Shown piece after piece: positions 53,961 to 64,000 of a stretch of 64,000 nucleotides of DNA. How positions within the stretch are numbered: position 1 is the stretch's first letter; every line of letters begins with the position of its first letter. The position numbers were made by a program, and so were the translations under genes. The stretch comes from Tubulanus polymorphus (lineage: Eukaryota; Animalia; Nemertea), in the NCBI RefSeq assembly GCF_964204645.1, contig NC_134026.1:23160150-23224149 (forward strand). The letters run 5' to 3'. Under the pieces are notes generated by a model that searched no databases, was not told the DNA's origin, and worked only from the letters and a program-made list of their open reading frames with translations.

Positions 53961-55322
53961 TCACGTGAAACTAAATCTTTGACTTGCGTTCTCGTACAAA
54001 CGACTAACACATTTTTTCACACGTTCACTGAACATGAGATACCAAAGTGGATAAGCCGGAGCGTTAAAATAAAACAGAATCCAACAATATAATACTGCTA
54101 TTTTTTGATCGATCACAGGAAGTTCCATTAATACGTCAGTTAATGCACAAATAAATACTGGGCATGTTAACACTAAGAATGTTATGACCATTACCATCCC
54201 ATTTTTCGCCGCGCTGCTCAAAGATTTTCTATCTCTTTTTATGTTCGAATTTTTTAGCACCTGTTTATTTTTAGCCGCTTGAAACCGATACAAATCGGCC
54301 GCAGGACTGATATCAGTGAAGTTGAAGGCGGGTGCGCCGGATCGGGTGGAAATTGTACTAGCGTTGCTCAGCGTCATTCGTAGAGGTGGCTTCTTTTTAG
54401 CTTTCAAAATTCTCTGCGGGTTCTCTAGGGCATCTTCGACTGCTATTACCTCTTCCTGCGTAACGTAGCGCACAACGAACGAATTATCCAGATTTTCCGG
54501 TACAGGGCGAGTGCTTCGAGGCATTGGACTCCGATCCGCCCATCTGTCTTTAGATGATGCATTTGCTCCACCACAGTAGATGTCGGGAGTTGCTGTTGAT
54601 ACACTTTCTTTCGTGTTCATTGCAATTGTGCAAATCGGCGCAATTTTCTTCTTCCGTATGCAACATTTCATAACATTGATACTGCGAAATATGCGGTAAT
54701 ACGAATACACGATCATACCGAACCCTATTATAAACACGGTAACCATGAAACAAACGACGAGAATCTGTTTTAAATTAAAACCGACGAACCCGTTTGAGCA
54801 GTAAGTTCTTTTGAACGGATTCGTCGAGAATATCGATCCCGAGTCTTTGAATAATCCGAGTAGAGCGAAACTGAAAATCAACGATACAAACCAAATAAGC
54901 CACAGCGAGCGATGGACTATTTTCTGTCGACTTGCTAACGACATCGAAGGCTTCTTGTTAGTTCTGTAGCGAAAGTAGCCTATACTAGTCAAGGTACAGC
55001 AGTAAATTAAGCCGGAATTGACGGATATGAAAAAAATAGTGCTGTCGATGGCTGTGTTGAGTGAATTCTCATTTCCACCGGTAAACATCATTGAACCAAA
55101 CGACAAAGCAGTATTCACCGTCAACAGTAAATCGTTTACACATATATTCACGAGGTGTATGTTCGGTGGTGTCCGTAAACTGGACGAATTATAAATCGTT
55201 ACCACCAACAAAATATTCGATATCAAAGATATGGCAAAGTTGATCGCCAAAAGCACCAGACCAGAAACGGTCACATTGACTGGTAACGAGTGGCAAAAAG
55301 TGATGTTGTTTAGCCTTGTCAT
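53961..55322 (-). CDS. Orphan class A GPCR with single-exon ORF and long third intracellular loop
   Basis: 453 aa with seven hydrophobic segments, TM1 SN, LRTPPNIHLVNICVNDLL, FRY at the DRY position, TM6 proline and ~160-aa ICL3. Confidence 0.85.
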   Translation of the reverse strand: MTRLNNITFCHSLPVNVTVSGLVLLAINFAISLISNILLVVTIYNSSSLRTPPNIHLVNICVNDLLLTVNTALSFGSMMFTGGNENSLNTAIDSTIFFISVNSGLIYCCTLTSIGYFRYRTNKKPSMSLASRQKIVHRSLWLIWFVSLIFSFALLGLFKDSGSIFSTNPFKRTYCSNGFVGFNLKQILVVCFMVTVFIIGFGMIVYSYYRIFRSINVMKCCIRKKKIAPICTIAMNTKESVSTATPDIYCGGANASSKDRWADRSPMPRSTRPVPENLDNSFVVRYVTQEEVIAVEDALENPQRILKAKKKPPLRMTLSNASTISTRSGAPAFNFTDISPAADLYRFQAAKNKQVLKNSNIKRDRKSLSSAAKNGMVMVITFLVLTCPVFICALTDVLMELPVIDQKIAVLYCWILFYFNAPAYPLWYLMFSERVKKCVSRLYENASQRFSFT

Positions 55323-57926
55323 CTCGCTCGATCAAATGATTTCCTCATGAATTATGGTGGTTTGCTGGCCGTATCCAGTTTGACGAATAGTATTTACATA
55401 TACATGATAATTGTAGATTGAATAGCAAATACGACGCACACGCTTGGACCAGCTCTGACAAATATGTCATCTATGACTCTGCTTGCGGTTATGATAATTG
55501 TGATAATCCATCGCAACGAAACGGAGAATCTCGCGAATCTCGAGGCTACGCGCGCCAGCCAGAAACTATCCGCTCTGACTGGCGTCATAGATCAAGCGAA
55601 TTAATAATCTAACCTTAGATTTTGCATGTGGATATGTCATGCTGGCAGTTAATGAAAACTACAGTGCGACCACACGTAATCAGCTAGATACCCCGAAGCA
55701 CGAAACAACCATTTACCTGTAACATAAAAAGACATCTACAGCACGAGATCTCATTTGATAGTTATGTTTACATACAGAATCATCGACGTTTTCATTTGAT
55801 ATGTATATTTAAGGGCGTTGATTTATGCAAGTTTGATCGTTAGTGCACCGCACACCGCGTTTAAGCACTGAAGGCCCTATTTGATTTCCAGAAATATGAT
55901 TCCCGAGTTTGATGCGAATGATACGTATCACTTGACGACAATTAATTACCACCTTCGATTAGGTTTCGTGATTAACGACATAGGCGGTAGTGGTGATTAA
56001 AATGTAAACACATAATGTATGAATATCGCCAATTTAAACACACTCGCGCTGGAAATAATCTCGGCAGTAACACAGTATAAAATCATTCCCAGTTAAAGAA
56101 GCAAAAATTCATTATCGAATAGCGGCAATATCATTCCAATTAGATCCCACTAAAGATATCGCCGTCTGAAAAGGTTGAAATTTTTCTCATCAAACGATCA
56201 CGATTGTATATCTTTCTGATGAAGCGATTAATTTCCCTCAATGCTTGATGGAGTGAATGATTGAAGTACAGAATGTATATACGTACGTATATATTAGAAC
56301 ACGCGAAGGGGAAAAATATCTCTCGAATCCGATTAGTAATAATCGATAGTCAAAAACCTTTCATTTGATCAATCACTTTAAACACCTACCTGGTAGATCA
56401 TGATTAACAGTCTCTTTGAGTGGACTGTTGAACGATCAACGCTAATTCCTAATCAGTGGATCGTTAGGAATAGTGATCTCAATCTCGGTTGCTAGTCACC
56501 AGGATCGAATTTTACAGTTCTGAGTTAAGATTTGACTCACATATGCGATACTGGGTCCAGTTACGTTATGCTGATAGGCCAAAACAAGCATTATTGTCCA
56601 AATTGTTATGTTTTTCATGTTTGGATTCGAATATAACTTATCATATACGTACGAAGTATAAAATAAATGAGTTACCACCCACCGTGTATATACGTCTAGA
56701 AAGAAAATATAGTATTCTGAACGTGTTCGTCGTGTAACATTTCTTACTCACATGCTGGCAGCTCTGACCGCTGTGTCTGCTAATTGTTTTAGTGACGCTG
56801 CAAACATTCCTACAATAGAGTTCGTTCGTTGCGTTCATTGTACGAAATGGGCGCGGCCTTCGTGTTTCTAGCCCGGAGTGGTACGTACATTGAAAATCAA
56901 CGCGAGGAACCCGCGAAGCACACAGAATCTATTCATAACACTGAATAGTTGACGCGATTTCTTTTTATTTCTTTTTCATCCACTTAATTATATGAACACG
57001 AACTCAATGATGAAAATAGGTTGACATTTCCGTTTATAACATATTTCACTACTAAGAAATCTGTTTTTATTCACTTTTTGACATAGGTAACCTTCAATAC
57101 AGAAATGCGCATTGAAGGATTTCTACGAATGAATAAAGCAGTAATCTGTATCTTATCAATGAGAAAAGCTTGTCCGTGAAAGTATTGTGAGAATGGTGAA
57201 TATGAAAAAAAAAAACAAAACGTGAGAAGTCTTCCAATCTTTGGGGAGTTTCCTTATGGTAGATCTTTCATTCATTGAATGATGCTTGCAAATTGTCGGT
57301 TGCTAGGTGACCCCTCTTCCGTCGGTAATTCACTAGAGATGTGACATTTCATTTTCGTTAAGAAGTAAGAAAAGTGCAAAATGAAGTTGTCGGTTCTGCA
57401 GCGTCCCATTAGTACATTAGTCGCCTTCTTTATTACGGAAAAGCAAACATTGTCATAGATAATTTGGACGAGACGACGTAGGCAGACATTGCATGGGTAG
57501 GAAAGATGTTTTTCAATTTATTTTTAGATTTGTGATAACTTATGAATCCATAACAGCTGTCTGAACAAGTTTCTATAATTTTTCCCAATATGCATTTCGT
57601 TGAGACATAATTCCACTATTTTACCATCAATATACCATTCATCATATTGATCCCTACGCGATAGTTTCACGTATCGGTTGAAATAACGTTGTTTGATAAT
57701 AATTCTAGGCGTTGTCAGTATATCATTAAACGATACACAAACCTACGTGCGCTTCTAGCCAAAACAAGGATCACACTTAGACTCGAGTAGCGGCAGTATG
57801 TACAATCTCCATCAGACTGTGCAATCAGCTCATTTTTCGACGGATGTGTAAAACCTTGTTCGGGTTAGTCGGGAATTGAGCCTGTATTGTAGAGTACGCG
57901 TGACTAATTGCAAGAAGCATTTCAAC

Positions 57927-59021
57927 ATGGATATAGTGAGAAACTCTTCTACAGGCCATTATCAGCTAAGTTCAGTAATGAAAACTTTCCTTATTAACTT
58001 CAATCTGATCTACCCGCCACCGTTCATCATCGTCGGTCTGCTAGGAAACACCGCTCTATCGATTGTGATGCGATATCCGGTCGGGCCGAAGCGAAAATCG
58101 TTCGGATTTTACATGGAAGTCCTTGCCGTGTTAGGATTGGTAGATATGTTACTATTCATTCTCTCATGGACTGATAACAATTTCGATGGTCTAACGACAA
58201 TCCTCTCGGAATACTATTGGTGTAAAGGGATCGGGTTGGTACGCAATTGGTTTTTTGGAACGTACACTTGTACCATTACCATTTTGTCTTTTGATCGTTT
58301 ATTGGCCGTGCGTTATCACCTATTAGCGTCAGTTTGGTGTAGTCGAAAACGAGCTAAGAAAATCGTGATTATAATCATTATTCTCGTTGGATTATGGAAC
58401 ACGCATCACATATGGTCATCGAGCGGCGTAAAAGTTCCTGGAATTATATCGGACGGTGAAGATATCCAGTGCTCTCGGTCGGTGGTTCGAAAACTCGTTC
58501 TTGCCATAACGTCGATCGAATTTATTCTATTCTTTATATTGCCACTTTCGTCAGTATGGGTTTGCAATTCGTTAATTATTCTGACTATCAGGGCATCAAA
58601 AGAAGGTCCATATTTAGGTAAAAAGATACAAGACAGGCGAAAGGATAGCGTGATAACAACCCGTGCTGAGTTAATCGTCACATCCACGTATACAATACTT
58701 ATGATACCATTCCATTTGCACTTTGCTCTGATGCAGTTTCTTGACTACCCCAGGTGGGATGTTGTGTACATTGCAAACTTACATATTCATCGGATCCTTA
58801 TGACATGTTACCATAGTATCTTGACACTGCCATTTTTGTTGTACGTGGCAGTCAGTGGGAGGAGATTCATTAACGATGCCAAGTTAATCTTATTCGGCTG
58901 TCGACAATTGACGCCGGAAGAAATGGGCAAACGAGAGTCCACAGCTAGTATTAGCACCACTATTGGTGCCAGGCTCAGTCTGGACATACGCAATTTTAAT
59001 CTTGACGATATTCAGCACTAA
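57927..59021 (+). CDS. Class A GPCR with single-exon ORF (FMRFamide-receptor/GPR139-142-like invertebrate group)
   Basis: GLLGN in TM1, YMxVLAV..D in TM2, WC before TM3, SFDRLLAV, CSRKRAKK, TM5 FILP, TM7 LPFLLY. First in-frame ATG is at 57927. Confidence 0.85.
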   Translation: MDIVRNSSTGHYQLSSVMKTFLINFNLIYPPPFIIVGLLGNTALSIVMRYPVGPKRKSFGFYMEVLAVLGLVDMLLFILSWTDNNFDGLTTILSEYYWCKGIGLVRNWFFGTYTCTITILSFDRLLAVRYHLLASVWCSRKRAKKIVIIIIILVGLWNTHHIWSSSGVKVPGIISDGEDIQCSRSVVRKLVLAITSIEFILFFILPLSSVWVCNSLIILTIRASKEGPYLGKKIQDRRKDSVITTRAELIVTSTYTILMIPFHLHFALMQFLDYPRWDVVYIANLHIHRILMTCYHSILTLPFLLYVAVSGRRFINDAKLILFGCRQLTPEEMGKRESTASISTTIGARLSLDIRNFNLDDIQH

Positions 59022-59392
59022 CTTTGTCCATTTGTATATGGCCACCTATCAATATCTATTGAATTTCATAAATGAAAATAAAAATGGGACATCAGTTCAC
59101 CCATAAACCCTTTTTGCGTTATTGTACAGGTGCTTCTTATCTATTGAATTGTATATGTACTTGAAAGATTCAAATACGTGTTCCGCGTGCTATTGTTATG
59201 AGCATTAAAACATTGTGAATTGTTGCAAATAAAATGGAGTATTTCAACATTTTTTGACTCACAATTGTTATCATATTTTGATAGTTAGTATATTGGATAA
59301 TAATGGTACACCTGATATCCATGGTGGGTCTGGCAGTCAACGACGGAGTTGCACGTTAGCGACTCTTGTTATTCCACGTATAAAGGTTGCTG

Positions 59393-60207
59393 ATGGCTGA
59401 AGGATATCGTTGGGCAAATGGAGAACCTGCAGAAGCCAAACACATGGAATTACATCTTATAAGGTTTCGCCAGAATAGACGAAAAACACGAATTATTGCT
59501 TCCGTATCCGGATCCTTTGCTGGTTTTGCCATGGTAAGATATGGATGGGAGTATGTTATATTGCCATTTTCTGGACACGAAATCGAAAGCAATCGATATA
59601 TGTCTATCACTAGGTAGCAAAGATAACTGCTCACTGTTCCAAACATGTATACAAATCATATGATAAGAAGACACGAAAACGACTTGTAATAGAAATGTGA
59701 TGATCTATTATAAACTGAAACTCAACAGTTTTTACATTTCAGATGTCATTATGTGAGCTGTCTTTATCCGAGGAGACCAATGAAGTACCCCATATTGAAG
59801 TGTTTTTAGTTGCATTTGCCGTGTGTGTGACTTTAGTTGTTTTAGTGCACACATTCGCGTTCTTCATAAGCGCTTATGTCATGCCCAAAATGGCCTCTTC
59901 GTACAAAACTGACCGACGAATTATGCAACAGATTCAAGGTTACATCGATTTTGCATGGATTCTATCGGCCGGTGTGGGGGTATTGTTGTTTTTTGTAACG
60001 GTCGGCGTCCACGCTTGGATTAAATTTCTCCCATTCAATAGCTTCGCAGCCGCGTTGATTTCGGTTTGCATAGTTATACCGTTTACCATTTGTGCTATAA
60101 TTTTTGCGGTTATTTACCACAATTCAACAGTTGACTTATATGGAAATGAATTCGACAAGATACCACCACCGACGTATGAGCTTCGGAACATATCACTTGT
60201 TGAATAG
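59393..60207 (+). CDS. Divergent Orai-family (CRAC channel-like) protein, exons 59393-59533 and 59743-60207
   Basis: GFAM|MSLCE matches ORAI1 GFAMVAMVE. FAVCVTLVVLVHTFAFFIS matches TM2, IDFAWILSAGVGVLLF..WIKFLP matches TM3, AAALIS..IVIPF..IFAV matches TM4. Phase-0 GT-AG intron. Confidence 0.88.
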
Positions 60208-61181
60208 GGAAGGAGGCAACGCCGGGATTAATGGCCGCCATTGAATGATCAAAAGATCAATCGTATCACGCTTCAATAAAGTTAGATGATCGAATACAAG
60301 AGTTATATACGGCATTTATGAAATTTAAAGGAATATCTTTTTTCTTCACTAACACACTTACTCACAGAGTCAACCCGGCAACTCAAGTACATGCAGTAGG
60401 CCTATACTTTCTTAGTGATAGGCTACTGTGGCGCAACCCCATATCGCGGACGCAAGAAAGTTCTATTAAAAGTGGCTTAAACGTATCTTGAAAATAGATT
60501 CCGGCTTTTAATAAAGCCCGAGCGTCTATTAGATCACATATTTTTAATAAAACGGTTTGGTGAACGCGTTATGTTAGTCGCATGCCACACAGTAGGAATA
60601 AGGCCTATCTATGCCAAAAACGGTACGAATTATAACGCTCCAACTAGACAAAGGGTATTAACAATTAATTGGAAAAACAGAAGATGAAAGCATTTTAAAA
60701 CATATCTCACGTTATTTACAATTTGTACACTATTTGAGGGGTTTATACACATCTAGACCTATTTTGATAGATTTAACCAGATTTAAAGTTTGGATTTTCA
60801 CATCGTTCCTTTCACATCGTTAAATTTTCTCGGAATTCGGTAAGAAGTTAAAATCAAAAATAAAAAGTTGTTCATCGTCTAAAACGTTGCAGGTGGGGCA
60901 TAATCTATCGATTCTTGGTAAATGAACACGCCCACTTGAAAGTTGAGGCGAATTTAACACATCAAATCAAATTTGATTTTAAGTAAAATCGTTTTTAGTG
61001 TCATAATCAAATTTGGTTTGGTCTAATTTTTGAATATAAACACGGCATCAAATTCAAATCGATTTGTCGAATCAAATCACCCTCGGAGGTGATTTGATAT
61101 GATTTGAAGATGTTCGACTCACAAATTTGTTTCGAAAAACTGATATAAATGTCAAAACTGAAAGAGAAACCTGAATAACTC

Positions 61182-61302
61182 ATGACGAGAGAAATCCCAC
61201 AAATAACGAAGCCGAGATTGAAAAATTCTATACTATATTTCAGTACACCTGATGTAGAATTTTTCAATCTTGGCTTCGTAATTGTGGGATTTCTCTCGTC
61301 AT
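61182..61302. repeat. Long hairpin / palindromic MITE-like element with ~49-bp arms
   Basis: ATGACGAGAGAAATCCCACAAATAACGAAGCCGAGATTGAAAAATTCTA and its near-perfect reverse complement at 61255-61302. Confidence 0.8.
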
Positions 61303-61810
61303 CATCATACACGGATGTGTATCTTCTCGTCTGAATAACTCATTCATAGGAAATAATCTTTACAAAGTGGGACCGTATTTTCTAGTCAGCCGTTTGGAGC
61401 AAGGCGTCAAATTTATCCTGTTGTGTAAACCTTATTCGATTTGATCACACGTGACTAGCAAATTATGATTAGGATGAAATCAAATTGACAAGACTAAATT
61501 CGCCTTTGGAAGAAGTCCGGCGTCGCCCGGCACTACTGGGAACTTGGTTAATATAGTTTTCAAATTTGATATCCTTCTTATATTGCCCAAAATTAATATA
61601 GGCCTATAACGGATTATTATTCAACTTAAAATCTGTCTTTGATTCACATGCGAGCACAGTGGGGTGTCAACTGCCGATTCTGCCGCCCCATTTACTCCAG
61701 TGACCGATTCCAGATCCGGCGGTGGTTATAGTTACGCCCGATTTGAGGCCGTCGCCGAAGACGGATATTAGGGACTACCAACCTGGGTTTTCATTTCCGT
61801 ATTTTGGAAT

Positions 61811-64000
61811 ATGTCTCAGATTCGGCGTCGAAATATTCCTAATCAAAGCACTGAGGACAGACAAAATCAAGAAAATGACGAGCGAGAATATGTATTAGAG
61901 CGTACAAATTGCTCTGTTACTATTGAGAGTGGTTCATACTGGTTAACAAGGATCGTGTTTCTTCGATCACTTTCGTTCATATACTGTAAGATTTTTTACT
62001 TCCGGGTTGCTTTTTCCAGCAGGGTTTTGTTTAGTTTTGCCTGTTTGGGACATTTTTCATCATTAACCTTGTAACCTTGTTTCTAATAATGCTGAGGTTT
62101 TGCTGATTTAATCCCACCCTGTATATTATATCATAGAACTAATACTTTCGTCGATGGTCATTTGACTGCAATAGAATATGTCTCACCTGGGGGCTATTAT
62201 GGTACTATTTTGTATATTAGTCTAACTTTACTACCATTTTTTTACAGTTATCGCATTTCTAGTTGGACTTCATCAGAACAAACAGTTGATTGGCAAAAAT
62301 GGCCTGCTTCCTGCTGACACTTACCTCGAAAACATTAAATCAAGAGAAGGGTTGCCTTGGAAATCATTTGCAACTGTCCCAACTCTAATGTGGTTTGTTG
62401 ATTATAGAAACCACCTGGACTGGTGGCTGGATGGTTTTGCTTACAGTGGGCTAGCACTATCAGCATTTGTATTTTGGAATGGTGGAGCAAATATTATCAT
62501 CATGTTATGTTTATGGATTCTATACCACACTATAGCTAATGTTGGACAGAGATGGTAAGGGATAGGCCTATAGCCGATTTTCAAAGCTAAGTTTACATAT
62601 TTTTCGGTTCAGTTTTGATTTAACTCTTCATTATTGATTATCAAATGTTAATTTTCTTTTGTAATTAGGTATGGTTTTGGCTGGGAAAGTCAACTTCTAG
62701 AGACAGGATTTTTGGCAGCTTTCTTTTGTCCCCTGTTCAGTGTGAAACGAATACCAAAACTAACGCCGCCACCCTGGGTGGTATTATGGGGTTTCAGGTG
62801 GTTGATATTTAGGATAATGTTAGGTGCTGTAAGTGGTCCTAATTTTTAAAAAATCATTTTACAACAATTCTAATACATTCTTTGCTTCACTTGCGCTTAT
62901 TCTAAAGATTTGAATTCCTCCTTTATTATCTACATAATTGTTGATTTCAGGGCTTGATAAAGATTAGAGGTGATAAATGCTGGAGAGATCTAACATGTAT
63001 GAACTATCATTATGAGGTACATTTAATTTTCAAAAACTTTGTTCGTTCAGAACTTAATCTGCTTTTATGCAATGTAAGAGTTTGACCATACTTTATGAAA
63101 TTTTTCTATTTGAGATTAAGAACTTATAAGAGTTTGTTCTTGACATCAGAATATTAATGTTTTTGGACTAGAAGGTTTTAAACATGATTTTTAGCCCACT
63201 TAGTTCCTGCGAGCTATTGCATTTACTTTTCATCCTTCTGTTCGTTCACTCCCCCATTCATAGTAACAATCCAGTTTGGAGGCGCGGATCCAGGATTTTT
63301 TCCAGGAGGGGGTTCATAAAAAATGTTAATGTTCAACTGCTGACAAAAATCTCTAATGATAGGGGGCCTCTTTCCGCCCACTTTGTCTTGAGTACATTCC
63401 TTTAAGAAAACAATTAAACATTTTATTTGGTTACTGAGCAGGTGGGCACGACCCCTGAAACCCTCCCTCTGGATCCGCGCCTGGTTTTTTGGGAAGTTTT
63501 GAAGACGCTTCAATTGATATTTAGTTTATGAGTGGATCTACCCTAGACACATCTGCCAAAACCTAGTAGAATAAATCCCACATTAATTCATTTCAGACTC
63601 AACCGGTTCCCAACCCGATGGCTTACTTCATGCATCAAGAACCCGAAGCTATGCATAAGTTTGAGACATTGTCGAACCACTTTGTGGAACTTATTGCTCC
63701 ATTTCTGCTTCTCATTCCAATACGTCCATTGATGATTACTGGAGGTCTTATACAGATTCTATTTCAAGTAAATATATTGTTTTCCAACAAGTCAGGATTG
63801 CGGTAATCTCTGTCTACGGTAACTTGGATATGCATAACTCTGAATAAAGATATTTCTTAAAAATTCAGACTTCTTTGCACTCTATATGATATTGCGTTCC
63901 AAATTTGTTGAGGTGTTCTATCAGAGGAGGGAAAAGTTATCTGTACCTTTGTGACTTAGGCCCTATTTGTTTTTTTCTATCTCTAGGCTGTACTTATAAT
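61811..64000 (+). CDS. LMF1: Lipase maturation factor 1, 5' exons (61811-61985, 62248-62554, 62669-62828, 62951-63016, 63597-63767, 63987-), continues beyond window
   Basis: YWLTRIVFLRSL, HQNKQLIGKNGLLPA, GQRWYGFGWESQLLETGFL, WLIFRIMLGAGLIKIRGDKCWRDLTCMNYHYETQPVPNP. Confidence 0.94.
63280..63482. mobile_element. MITE in an LMF1 intron
   Basis: Perfect 14-bp terminal inverted repeats AGGCGCGGATCCAG / CTGGATCCGCGCCT. Confidence 0.8.

Noticed and set aside
53961-60207. GPCR-GPCR-Orai neighbourhood as a co-regulated calcium-signalling cluster
   Set aside because: Adjacency in a compact animal genome is not evidence of functional linkage without synteny or co-expression data.
60423-60596. Possible MITE with CTACTGTG / CACAGTAG ends
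   Set aside because: Only 8 bp of clear terminal complementarity and no confident target-site duplication.

Overview
AT-rich, intron-containing animal genomic DNA. A bilaterian invertebrate, plausibly a lophotrochozoan, is inferred from gene content and intron style. Bases 1-40189 hold the 3' part of a spectraplakin gene (MACF1/dystonin/shot family): a >10 kb plectin-repeat exon with a 300-bp tandem array, many spectrin-repeat exons, two EF-hands, a GAS2 domain and an SxIP tail. Several frame-preserving micro/cassette-exon candidates are absent from the ORF track. Downstream are a DSTYK-like gene with an apparently intact dynamin-like GTPase and a degenerate kinase, a Penelope-like retroelement remnant with two inverted hammerhead ribozymes, RPUSD4, two divergently transcribed GPCRs with single-exon ORFs, a strongly divergent Orai-like channel, and the 5' part of LMF1. 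One GPCR has a minimal hammerhead between its stop codon and an AATAAA. Several MITE-like elements and microsatellites are also present. The best novelty candidates are the GTPase-pseudokinase, the atypical Orai and the 3'-UTR hammerhead. Exon boundaries were read by eye; no database searches or folding programs were run.
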